A stretch of DNA of 32,000 nucleotides from Nostoc sp. TCL26-01 (GCF_013393945.1 NZ_CP040297.1:1348804-1380803); one strand, 5' to 3'; positions 18,503 through 26,700 are shown, numbered from the stretch's first letter. Numbers and translations are program-made. Notes: a model not told the origin generated them from the letters alone.

Positions 18503-18591
18503 ATTTTCAACTACTGCCATTGAGTCAAAAACAAATATATCTACAACATTTTCAGAGACGCTAAAATAGCCCAGTTAGATAAAATTTTCTT

Positions 18592-18615
18592 CCCACTCCC
18601 CACTCTCCACTCCCC
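18592..18615. repeat. short heptamer array (CCACTCY)x3
   Basis: CCCACTCCCCACTCTCCACTCCCC ends 1 nt before the dnaN ATG. Confidence 0.7.
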
Positions 18616-18616
18616 T

Positions 18617-19771
18617 ATGAAATTAGTTTGCGCCCAAAGTGACCTCAGTACCAATCTTTCCCTCGTCAATCGTGCTGTACCATCACGCCCGACTCATCCA
18701 GTGCTGGCTAACGTGCTGTTGCAAGCCGATGCGGAAACTAACCAAGTCAGTCTAACAGCCTTTGATCTCAGCTTGGGTATCCGTACCAGCTTTAATGCTG
18801 ACGTGTGGCAAGGGGGAGCGATCGCACTGCCGGCTAAACTACTAGTAGACATCACCTCACGCCTACCAGAGGGAGAAATCACCCTAGATGATGAATCAAA
18901 CCCAGCCACAGGGGAAGGTATCAATGTCACACTCACACCAAAAACGGGACAATATCAAATCAGAGCAATGGAAGCTGGAGAGTTCCCCGAATTACCTCTC
19001 ATTGAAAGTACCGAAGCCATTCATCTCACAGCCACAGCCTTAATTGAAGGCTTACGGGGTTCATTATTTGCCACTAGTGCAGACGAAACTAAGCAAGTAC
19101 TCACAGGAGTTCATCTGACAGTCAAACCAGACTCCTTGGAATTCGCTGCTACTGATGGACATCGCCTCGCGGTAGTCGAAACAGCCAACGAACGCCCTTT
19201 GGAAGATAATCAAGAACAACTAGAAGTCACAGTACCAGCTAGAGCGTTACGAGAACTCGAACGAATGCTAGTTCACAACGCTTCCTCTGATGAACCCGTA
19301 GCCCTATATTTAGATCAAGGTCAAGTTGTCTTTGCTTGGCAAAACCAACGCCTAACTAGCCGCACCCTAGAAGGTCAATATCCAGCCTATCGGCAACTTA
19401 TCCCTCGGCAATTTGAACGACAAGTCACCATTGAACGCAAACAATTTCTCAGCACTTTAGAGCGCATCGCCGTCTTAGCTGACCAGAAAAATAATATCGT
19501 CAAACTAACTATAGATAGTAATGCTCAAGAACTCACCTTATCTTGTGAAGCGCAAGAAATGGGTAGTGGTAGAGAGTCAATGAGCGCGGAAATTTCTGGA
19601 GAAGATATAGAAATTGCTTTCAATGTTAAGTATTTAATGGAAGGATTAAAAGCTCTACCATCAACAGAAATTCAAATGCACCTCAATCAAACCCTAACTC
19701 CCGTGATTTTTACACCACTGGGAGGTTTGAAGATGACTTATTTAGCTATGCCGGTACAGTTGAGAAGCTAA
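18617..19771 (+). CDS. dnaN: DNA polymerase III beta sliding clamp
   Basis: 384-aa product with the typical N-terminus MKLVC..L, a three-domain length, and a YLAMPVQLR-type C-terminus. It lies immediately downstream of dnaA. Confidence 0.95.
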   Translation: MKLVCAQSDLSTNLSLVNRAVPSRPTHPVLANVLLQADAETNQVSLTAFDLSLGIRTSFNADVWQGGAIALPAKLLVDITSRLPEGEITLDDESNPATGEGINVTLTPKTGQYQIRAMEAGEFPELPLIESTEAIHLTATALIEGLRGSLFATSADETKQVLTGVHLTVKPDSLEFAATDGHRLAVVETANERPLEDNQEQLEVTVPARALRELERMLVHNASSDEPVALYLDQGQVVFAWQNQRLTSRTLEGQYPAYRQLIPRQFERQVTIERKQFLSTLERIAVLADQKNNIVKLTIDSNAQELTLSCEAQEMGSGRESMSAEISGEDIEIAFNVKYLMEGLKALPSTEIQMHLNQTLTPVIFTPLGGLKMTYLAMPVQLRS

Positions 19772-19860
19772 GATAATTCGTAATTCGTAATGACGCAACG
19801 CGGAAGCAAGCTACGTAATACTCGCTTTCATGAGACAAGCAAGTGAAACAGTAAACCCGA

Positions 19861-19975
19861 ATTTCTCACAAAATTTGTAAAACCGCAGTCCAGAGGCTGT
19901 AGGGGCGGGTTAACGAGATATTCGTGAATGATTGAAGCTCTTTTGTGAACCCGCCCCTACCGTTTTGTGAGAAAT
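19861..19975. mobile_element. 115-bp palindromic MITE (ATTTCTCACAAAA...TTTTGTGAGAAAT family), copy A
   Basis: Arms are ATTTCTCACAAAA..GTAGGGGCGGGTT and AACCCGCCCCTACCGTTTTGTGAGAAAT. The left arm carries an extra ~25 nt (19874-19898) that is absent from its own right arm and from copy B. Confidence 0.75.
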
Positions 19976-19983
19976 CCAGGTAA

Positions 19984-20192
19984 TACCATTTCACTTTAAT
20001 AATGATACAAATACGTGAGTCCGTCAGTCCGTCAGGGATTGTAAATCCCTGTCTCATAGCTAAAGTCCTCTCAAGAGGACTGAATATCAGAGTCCATTTT
20101 AATGGACTTAAGCTATGAGACCACCGTTTTAACGGTGGGCGGACAATACCCAACGAGTAAGCTATATGTATCAGGATTTTTGTGAATTGGTA
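19984..20192. mobile_element. 209-bp hairpin-rich MITE, copy A (TSD TAA)
   Basis: TIRs are TACCATTTCAC / GTGAATTGGTA (10/11). TAA flanks both ends (19981-19983, 20193-20195). It is 100% identical to 26230-26438. Confidence 0.85.
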
Positions 20193-20195
20193 TAA

Positions 20196-20256
20196 GACGT
20201 TGCATTGCAAGGTCTCTACATAATTTATGTCTATCATAATTAATGTGAAATGGTAT
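20196..20256. repeat. repeat debris: partial 29-nt hairpin plus a solo diverged MITE right end
   Basis: GACGTTGCATTGCAAGGTCTCTAC (20196-20219, a partial hairpin) is followed by TATGTCTATCATAATTAATGTGAAATGGTA. That second sequence ends in a perfect complement of the left TIR (20245-20255). Confidence 0.55.
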
Positions 20257-20329
20257 CAGCCAAATATTTCTCAGCCAATATTCTGATCTTATGTTGGGTT
20301 GGACTTCGCTCCACCCAACCTACATCTAA

Positions 20330-20427
20330 TAACTAATGACTAATGACTAATGACTATTGACCAATGACTAATGACTATTGACTAATGACCAATGACTATT
20401 GACTAATGACTATTGACTATTGACTAT
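20330..20427. repeat. STRR heptamer array, about 14 units of TGACTAA/TGACCAA/TGACTAT
   Basis: Tandem heptamers. TGACCAA is the complement of the TTGGTCA-type STRR heptamer described in heterocystous cyanobacteria. The array overlaps the 3' end of the kinase CDS. Confidence 0.9.
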
Positions 20428-23182
20428 TCCCCATTTGCTGAACTGGAATTTCAATCCAAAACTCTGTACCTGAGCCTAGTTGTGAATCACATTTAAAAAC
20501 ACCACCATGTTTTTCGACAACAATTCGGTAACTAATTGATAACCCTAAACCTGTACCTTTGCCTACTGGTTTAGTTGTGAAAAATGGATCACATATTCTT
20601 ACCCTGACTGCCTCCGGTATGCCTGGGCCATTATCAGCAATGCGGATGACTATACTTTTAATATTATCTTGAATTTGACCAATACTGGTAATAATAGAAA
20701 TTTTCCCAATATTAGTTTTTGGTTGTAATTCTCTGTAATCTTCTAAGGCATCAAGTGCGTTACTTAAAACGTTCATGAATACTTGATTCATCTGTCCGGC
20801 GTAGCACTCTACTAAAGGCAGTTCACCATATTCTTTGATCAGATGAATAGCCGGACTCTCTGGTTTTGCTTTTAAGCGATGCTGCAAAATTAGCAAGGTG
20901 CTATCAATACCCTCGTGAATATTTACAGCTTTCTTCTCAGCTTCATCTAAACGCGAGAAATTCCTTAAAGACATGACAATTTGCCGGATGCGTTCTACTC
21001 CGATTTCCATAGAAGATAGAGTTTTTGGTAAATCTTCCGATAAAAACTCTAAATCCATTTTGTCTGCCTGTGCGAGAATTTCTTGGCTGGGGTGGGGACA
21101 CTCTTGCTGATAGAGTTCTAGCATTGTGAGCAAATCCTGAGCGTATTCACTAACATGGCTAAGGTTGCCATAGATAAAGTTTACTGGATTGTTAATTTCA
21201 TGAGCTACACCTGCTACTAATTGACCCAATGAAGACATTTTTTCTGTCTGAATAAGTTGGGTTTGAGTTTGTTGTAAATGATGGAGTGCTTGAGTTAATT
21301 CTTCTGCTTGTTGTTTTGTTTGGCTGAGTAGTTCTGCTTGTTGTAGTGCTACTCCTAGTTGAGCTGCAATTTGCGTGAGAAAATTAACTTCTGAGGTTTT
21401 CCATTCACGCGGGCCAGTGTGTTGATATGTTGCTAATAAACCCCAAAGTTTTTGTCCAAAAAAGATGGGAGCCAGGACAAAAGCCCGAATTTGATATTCT
21501 TCTAAATTTTCAAGATGGCACTTAGCAAAGCCCATTTTATAGATATCATCTACGGTGAACGTCTCGTTGTAGCGATAACGTCCTCCTTCTGTGTCTTGTA
21601 AATAAGTGTCATTCCAAACTATGTTAATCCCTATTTTTGATTCATTTGACCAGTGAGGATTGGTAGCTTCAAAATCACCGACAAATTCGCCACCCCAATC
21701 TTTGTTGAAGCGATACACAGAAACTCTATCTACTTTAATTAATTGACAAACTTCTTTAGTGGTTGTTTGAAAAATAGTATTAGTTTCCAACGACTCTCGA
21801 ATCTTGGTAATTACACCAAATACAGCCTGTTGTTGTTCAGTAGTATGTTGTAATTCCCAAGTGCGCCTTTTGACTTGTTTTTCTAAATTTTCGTTGAAGG
21901 CTTGTACTTGTTGATATAGTTCGTACTGTTGAATGGCTGAGGCAAAATGTTTACCAATTTCTTTAGCTAGTTCAATTTCTGTGATTTTCCATTCTTGGGC
22001 TTGTGCTGTTTTTGAGTCACGCCAGATATCAAAGGAAATACGGGGGTAGAGTTGTCTTTGATCTCGATCAAATTGACCAGCCCAAAGGGTTTCTGTATCT
22101 ATCTCATTGCGAAAAATAGTTAAATACCCTAGTAACTGCTGACGGTATTCTAGGGGAATCATCAAAATACTACGAATTTTAGTTGGTTGAAAGGCGGCTT
22201 GCAAGGTTCGCAATACTGGAGTTTGATATATGTCAGATATGGCTAAGACATCACCTTGATGAGATTTGTAGTTTTCCTGCCAAATACTATATTGCTCAAT
22301 CAGTGGATAGATACTTTGTTCTGGAATAATGGGTTGCTGTCCACAGGTATAAAGTTGAATACAATCATTTCCGGGGATTAAGCATTCTATGAAGCTTTCA
22401 GACCCAGCATTTTGTGAGTTAAAAGCTTGGTGTTTGATGCACAGCCTACCACCAACACCGTTCAAAGCCGCAACAGTTGCTTCTAAAGCTGGTTGTAAGA
22501 TAATGGTGGGTAAAGAGTGTAGCAGAGTACTGATGTGATTAATAACTGTTTCTCGTTCGGCTTTGGCACGGGCTTGTGTGAGAAGATGACTTTGAGCGAT
22601 CGCTACTGATAGTTGATCCACAACCATCTGTATGGCTTCTAACTCGTTCTCAGCAATATTCAGGGTTTCTGAGTGATGAGATACTAATAAACCCCAGAGT
22701 GCGTCTTGATGAAAAATCGGCGCAACAACTGAAGATTTGACTCCCATTGCTGTTAAATATTCAATGTGACAAGGATCTACAGAACGGTAACAGATTTGTT
22801 CGGAGATAAATTCCCCGGTTTCTGAGTTCCGCAGGGTACTTTGGCCAATCTGTCCTGCTTCTACATTTACTACTGAACGTACTTTCGCTTGGATAAACAG
22901 TTCTCGTGCTGGGGGGGGAATGTCATCGGCTGGAAAATTTAGCCCCAACAGAGATGGTAAACGATTTTCATAAATGGCCTCAGCAATGACCTGACCGTTG
23001 CCATCTGCATGAAATTTATAAATCATTACTCGGTCAGTTCCCAGCAAAGAACGTACTTCTGCTGTTGTCGCGGCAATGATATCTGCCAACTCTAAAGACT
23101 GACGGATACGAGTTGTAATACGACGCAATACACTTTCTTGATTCAAACTAACCTGCAAATCTGGTTGGGCGATCGGTGACAT
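20417..23182 (-). CDS. photosensory histidine kinase: knotless phytochrome module (GAF-PHY) + cyanobacteriochrome GAF + HisKA/HATPase
   Basis: GAF1 has [62 protein letters not shown] (Cys138-His139). The second domain has the PHY tongue motifs LWAG and PRISF. GAF3 has [43 protein letters not shown] (Cys555-His556). The H-box is AHEINNP, and the ATPase G-box is GKGTGLGL. Confidence 0.9.
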   Translation of the reverse strand: MSPIAQPDLQVSLNQESVLRRITTRIRQSLELADIIAATTAEVRSLLGTDRVMIYKFHADGNGQVIAEAIYENRLPSLLGLNFPADDIPPPARELFIQAKVRSVVNVEAGQIGQSTLRNSETGEFISEQICYRSVDPCHIEYLTAMGVKSSVVAPIFHQDALWGLLVSHHSETLNIAENELEAIQMVVDQLSVAIAQSHLLTQARAKAERETVINHISTLLHSLPTIILQPALEATVAALNGVGGRLCIKHQAFNSQNAGSESFIECLIPGNDCIQLYTCGQQPIIPEQSIYPLIEQYSIWQENYKSHQGDVLAISDIYQTPVLRTLQAAFQPTKIRSILMIPLEYRQQLLGYLTIFRNEIDTETLWAGQFDRDQRQLYPRISFDIWRDSKTAQAQEWKITEIELAKEIGKHFASAIQQYELYQQVQAFNENLEKQVKRRTWELQHTTEQQQAVFGVITKIRESLETNTIFQTTTKEVCQLIKVDRVSVYRFNKDWGGEFVGDFEATNPHWSNESKIGINIVWNDTYLQDTEGGRYRYNETFTVDDIYKMGFAKCHLENLEEYQIRAFVLAPIFFGQKLWGLLATYQHTGPREWKTSEVNFLTQIAAQLGVALQQAELLSQTKQQAEELTQALHHLQQTQTQLIQTEKMSSLGQLVAGVAHEINNPVNFIYGNLSHVSEYAQDLLTMLELYQQECPHPSQEILAQADKMDLEFLSEDLPKTLSSMEIGVERIRQIVMSLRNFSRLDEAEKKAVNIHEGIDSTLLILQHRLKAKPESPAIHLIKEYGELPLVECYAGQMNQVFMNVLSNALDALEDYRELQPKTNIGKISIITSIGQIQDNIKSIVIRIADNGPGIPEAVRVRICDPFFTTKPVGKGTGLGLSISYRIVVEKHGGVFKCDSQLGSGTEFWIEIPVQQMGNSQ

Positions 23183-23414
23183 TGCTTTTTTAAATTAAGT
23201 TCAGGAAAATTACGCTATTCTTAGCAAATATAAAAACATTTTGAATTTTAATTATTCAAATTGTCCACAGTAAAACTACGGGCAAAAAAATCTCGGAAAA
23301 TTGACTATATTTTTATATAAATTTTTGTTTGAAAAAAGTATGTTTTTAAAAAAGTTGAAAAGTCAAAGTAATTTTTGTCAATATTCAGATTGAGCCTACA
23401 GATAAAAAATCACA

Positions 23415-23450
23415 ATAAAAAAGACATGATGTTATTCATGTCTTTTTTAT
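23415..23450 (-). terminator. bidirectional-type Rho-independent terminator downstream of the ArsA-like gene
   Basis: Stem AAGACATGA (23421-23429) / TCATGTCTT (23436-23444) with loop TGTTAT. An A-run lies on one side and a T-run on the other. Confidence 0.65.
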
Positions 23451-23503
23451 GTCAATCTTAAAACAAATTTTGTCGCTGAATTTGCCTTCACCTACGAGCC
23501 ATT

Positions 23504-24691
23504 TTAGACTTTTATATTGTCTGCAAAGCGAATTTTTAGATAGTCGTCTTCCATCTTTGCACCGGCGGGTTGTAAAGCTGCTAAAGCTTGTGGTAGGACG
23601 AGATTCCGGCGATGATTGCCAATAGTAATATTTAGTTCATCTCCAGTTTTACTCAGGTTAATTTGATTTTTGGGAATCCCTGGTAGATATAATTCCAGGC
23701 TATATTGATTCTGTTCTTGAACTACTCGGACAGTTGTTTCTTTGTAATATACCTGGGTTGGATCTTCGTCTTTGTAGAGGGTTTCTTTGAGACGTTCTAA
23801 TGCTGCTAAACCACACATTTCTTCGGAAAATAGTGGTACTTCTTTAACTGGTAGTGGATGAAAATTTTCGTGGATTTCTTGACGATATTCTTCCTGATTT
23901 TGTTTCCAACGTTGGAAGAATGGATCTTCAACTTCTGCGGGGATAATACGGTTAGCCACAACTAAATCCGTTGCCACGTTATACAAGCTTAAATAAGCAT
24001 GAGCGCGTAGAGATTCTTTAATGACCATTTTCTCTGGATTGGTAACAAGACGCACAGAAGTTTGCGTATTATCTGTGAGTACTTTTTCCAACGCTTCTAT
24101 CTGCTCATAAAACTCGTAAGGTGCGTCCATCACTTCCTTATCTGGTAAGGAAAATCCCGCGATGGGTTTAAAAATCGGCTCTACTAACGGCCGCAGCGCT
24201 ACGGAGATGTTTTGAAATGGTTTGTAAAAACGTCGCATATACCAACCACCGACTTCTGGTAAACTCAACAGTCGCAATGCTGTACCAGTGGGTGCAGAGT
24301 CGATAATTAATACATCAAACTCGCCTTCATCATAATGACGCTTCATTCTGACCAAGCCAAAAATTTCATCCATACCTGGTAGGATGGCTAATTCTTCCGC
24401 TTGGACTCCTTCTAAACCCCTGGCTTGTAAAACTTGGGTAATGTAGCGCTTCACTGCACCCCAGTTTCCTTCTAACTCTTGTAGTGCATCTAGTTCTGCA
24501 CCCCACAAGTTTGGTCGAATCTGTCGGGGTGCGTGTCCCAGTTCCATGTCAAAACTGTCTGCTAAGGAATGAGCAGGGTCTGTACTCAAAACCAGTGTAC
24601 GATAGCCCAGTTCTGCACAACGGAGTCCAGTTGCAGCCGCAACTGAGGTTTTACCCACACCGCCTTTCCCTGTCATCAATATTACTCGCAT
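23504..24691 (-). CDS. ArsA/Get3 (TRC40)-family ATPase with C-terminal HSP20-like domain
   Basis: Deviant Walker [10 protein letters not shown]. The switch region is [16 protein letters not shown]. The product is 395 aa with a beta-rich C-terminal ~70 aa. Confidence 0.9.
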   Translation of the reverse strand: MRVILMTGKGGVGKTSVAAATGLRCAELGYRTLVLSTDPAHSLADSFDMELGHAPRQIRPNLWGAELDALQELEGNWGAVKRYITQVLQARGLEGVQAEELAILPGMDEIFGLVRMKRHYDEGEFDVLIIDSAPTGTALRLLSLPEVGGWYMRRFYKPFQNISVALRPLVEPIFKPIAGFSLPDKEVMDAPYEFYEQIEALEKVLTDNTQTSVRLVTNPEKMVIKESLRAHAYLSLYNVATDLVVANRIIPAEVEDPFFQRWKQNQEEYRQEIHENFHPLPVKEVPLFSEEMCGLAALERLKETLYKDEDPTQVYYKETTVRVVQEQNQYSLELYLPGIPKNQINLSKTGDELNITIGNHRRNLVLPQALAALQPAGAKMEDDYLKIRFADNIKV

Positions 24692-24821
24692 GAATAATCC
24701 TACCCTGCCTGAGAATTGTTTACATTTATTTACGCTATTTCTATTATCAATGGTTTAACGAGAATAAATGCGGCTTGGGCAGGTTTGAGACAATTAAATA
24801 TGATCATTTAGGTATCTATAC

Positions 24822-25094
24822 TTATTGCTCTTTTGGGGACTGCAAGACTTGATCTAGCTTATTTTCGATGGCTGAGAGTTTTTTGAGAATTGTTGGGCGA
24901 TCGCCATCAACAGAAACGAGTAAATTAAATATACCTTCTTGGATTTTTGTCAAGCGCTCAACCGATTTTTGTAGCTGTATCATCCCTTCCCGGAGTTCTT
25001 GACGTTCGTGTCGTGCTTCTGACATCTCATCTAACATGGCTTGTGCGGTTCTGGCGTTGGTTTCGATGAGTTGCTGGAGTTGTTCATCAGTCAT
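24822..25094 (-). CDS. small coiled-coil hypothetical protein
   Basis: 90-aa ATG ORF with heptad-like, charged helical sequence. No family recognised. Confidence 0.5.
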   Translation of the reverse strand: MTDEQLQQLIETNARTAQAMLDEMSEARHERQELREGMIQLQKSVERLTKIQEGIFNLLVSVDGDRPTILKKLSAIENKLDQVLQSPKEQ

Positions 25095-25153
25095 GGCGAT
25101 CGCTCTGGAAGATTAAGTATATTATTTCTCCTAATTTGCCATAATATTACTGT

Positions 25154-25537
25154 TTATTTACCAAAAATTAAGTGCTGCTTAACTACATCTAAACGGGAAC
25201 AGTACCAGTAATCAATGTGAGAAACAATCAAGCCATCAGCATTTAAACCAAGTTCACTCCAGCCGGAAATTGAGATGCGGGGTTTCCACGGTACAGGAGT
25301 ATTCCAACTTAGTGTCCATTCAGTTTTAATTTTGTCTCCTAAATGTTGAATATCATGTAAATCCATTTTGATATTTAAAAACCAAGTTTGCATAAACTTG
25401 ATCATTTGTTGATAGCGTTTAATCCCACGAAACTGATTGAGTGGGTCTTGAAAATAGACATCTTGGGCGTAAATGCTGTAGGTTTGATCAATGGGAAATC
25501 TTTGATAGTCTTGTTTGAGTATGTCAATGATATTCAT
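25154..25537 (-). CDS. DUF2358-like (NTF2-fold) protein conserved in cyanobacteria and plants
   Basis: The pattern YAQDVYFQDPLNQFRGIKRY..W..PVPWKPRISISGWSEL..DGLIVSHIDYW matches my recollection of the DUF2358 family. It lies 17 nt downstream of the 25555-26124 gene. Confidence 0.65.
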   Translation of the reverse strand: MNIIDILKQDYQRFPIDQTYSIYAQDVYFQDPLNQFRGIKRYQQMIKFMQTWFLNIKMDLHDIQHLGDKIKTEWTLSWNTPVPWKPRISISGWSELGLNADGLIVSHIDYWYCSRLDVVKQHLIFGK

Positions 25538-25554
25538 GGTGTTGCATTACTATA

Positions 25555-26124
25555 CTAGCTGCTGACTTCGTTCCATAGGCGTTCTAATTGCCGTTGCCAA
25601 GCTGCTAAAACTTCTTCTCTAGCTTGTGCTGTTTGGTTAAGTTCTCCTAACATTCCTTCGGCATAAAACCGTTCTAGGTTTTGCATGGTGGCTTCTAGGG
25701 ATTGTCCTTGTTGCTTTGCGGCTTGGATGATTTGCCGGACACGGGTTTCGATTAATCGATTGAAGACTTCATTTAAGCCAACTTCGTGCAAAGATACAAG
25801 TCTAGCGATCGCTCCTCTTAAATCATCACTTGTTAAACTAATGCTACTGTGTTGATAGACTGCCCAAATCACCTCGTCATACAAAGCGTAGCGGACTTCT
25901 TGAGTATCATCAAAATTGGCTTCAAGAAACTGTGTTAAAAATGATTGAGCTTCTTGTAATGGCACAATTGGCAGTAAAACCCTGAGCCAGTTGTGATCTT
26001 CTGACAGTAGTACTAGCAGTCTAAATGTGAGTTTGTCTATTTGCCACGATCCAGGCGCGATCGCTTGTACGTCTGCTGTGCCAAATAATTCTGCCAGAAT
26101 TTCGGCAATTTCTTCAGGCTTCAT
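25555..26124 (-). CDS. hypothetical protein; N-terminal half resembles a YbjN/CesT-type chaperone fold (tentative)
   Basis: 189 aa. The N-terminal ~115 aa follow the pattern ..W.ID...FRLLVLLSEDHNWLRVLLPI.PL...FL...LEANFD....RYAL....IWAVY.H. The C-terminal part is helical. The fold assignment is unverified. Confidence 0.55.
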   Translation of the reverse strand: MKPEEIAEILAELFGTADVQAIAPGSWQIDKLTFRLLVLLSEDHNWLRVLLPIVPLQEAQSFLTQFLEANFDDTQEVRYALYDEVIWAVYQHSSISLTSDDLRGAIARLVSLHEVGLNEVFNRLIETRVRQIIQAAKQQGQSLEATMQNLERFYAEGMLGELNQTAQAREEVLAAWQRQLERLWNEVSS

Positions 26125-26157
26125 AGTCTTTTTTCAGCTTTTGCTCTAGCGTACCGC

Positions 26158-26192
26158 TTATCAGTTATCAGTTATCAGTTATCAGTTATCAG
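26158..26192. repeat. STRR heptamer array (TTATCAG)x5
   Basis: Perfect tandem heptamers, 33 nt upstream of the 26124 start (minus-strand gene). Confidence 0.9.
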
Positions 26193-26229
26193 TTAATAAA
26201 CGTTCACTGTTTACTATTGACTACCCTTA

Positions 26230-26438
26230 TACCATTTCACTTTAATAATGATACAAATACGTGAGTCCGTCAGTCCGTCAGGGATTGTAAATCCCTGTCT
26301 CATAGCTAAAGTCCTCTCAAGAGGACTGAATATCAGAGTCCATTTTAATGGACTTAAGCTATGAGACCACCGTTTTAACGGTGGGCGGACAATACCCAAC
26401 GAGTAAGCTATATGTATCAGGATTTTTGTGAATTGGTA
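26230..26438. mobile_element. 209-bp hairpin-rich MITE, copy B (TSD TTA)
   Basis: Identical at all positions to 19984-20192 and in the same orientation. TTA flanks both ends (26227-26229, 26439-26441). Confidence 0.85.
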
Positions 26439-26458
26439 TTAGAAGGGTTTTTGCCTGC

Positions 26459-26671
26459 ATTTCTCACAAAACGGTACGGGCGGGTTCATGAGTATTGGTG
26501 TTAACTTAACGTGAAAGCTGCTTGGTGACAACGTTTTTCCCTCACCCCCAACCCCTCTCCCACATTTGGGAGAGAGGAATTCTTGTCCCCCTTCTCCCAA
26601 ACATGGGAGAAGGGGTGAGGGGATGAGGGCGAAATCATCTGGGTTCAAGTTTTAGAAATTTCGTGAGAAAT
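26459..26671. mobile_element. ATTTCTCACAAAA-family MITE, copy B, carrying a nested ~90-bp GC-rich palindromic insert
   Basis: Ends are ATTTCTCACAAAACGGTACGGGCGGGTT (from 26459) and TTTCGTGAGAAAT (26659-26671). The nested element lies at 26539-26629 (CCCTCACCCC...GGGGTGAGGG with inner hairpins). Confidence 0.7.
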
Positions 26672-26700
26672 TCGGGTTTGGTTGAGTGCGTAAGTTCTAT

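Noticed and set aside
18358-18564. 68-aa ORF between dnaA and dnaN
   Set aside because: It is composed of the DnaA-box cluster (WKT/CGK repeats come from TGTGGAAAA) and AT-rich origin DNA, so it has no coding plausibility.
19866-20237. 123-aa minus-strand ORF, together with its partial twin at 26214-26399 and the ORF at 26439-26648
   Set aside because: These are translations of MITE DNA. The two share an identical peptide only because the 209-bp element is identical. The third reads through the GC-rich palindromic insert (PLSP..GRGVGGEG-type artefact peptide). They have no start context and overlap TIRs and TSDs.
20330-20427. Tandem heptamer arrays considered as a CRISPR-like or other spacer-containing array (also 5536-5598, 26158-26192, 28841-28875)
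   Set aside because: The unit length is 7 nt with no intervening unique spacers and no cas genes. They match the STRR class of heterocystous cyanobacteria.
19984-26438. The two identical 209-bp elements considered as the ends of a composite transposon or genomic island
   Set aside because: Each copy has its own, different 3-bp duplication (TAA versus TTA), which indicates independent insertions. The enclosed genes are ordinary chromosomal types with no integrase or transposase.
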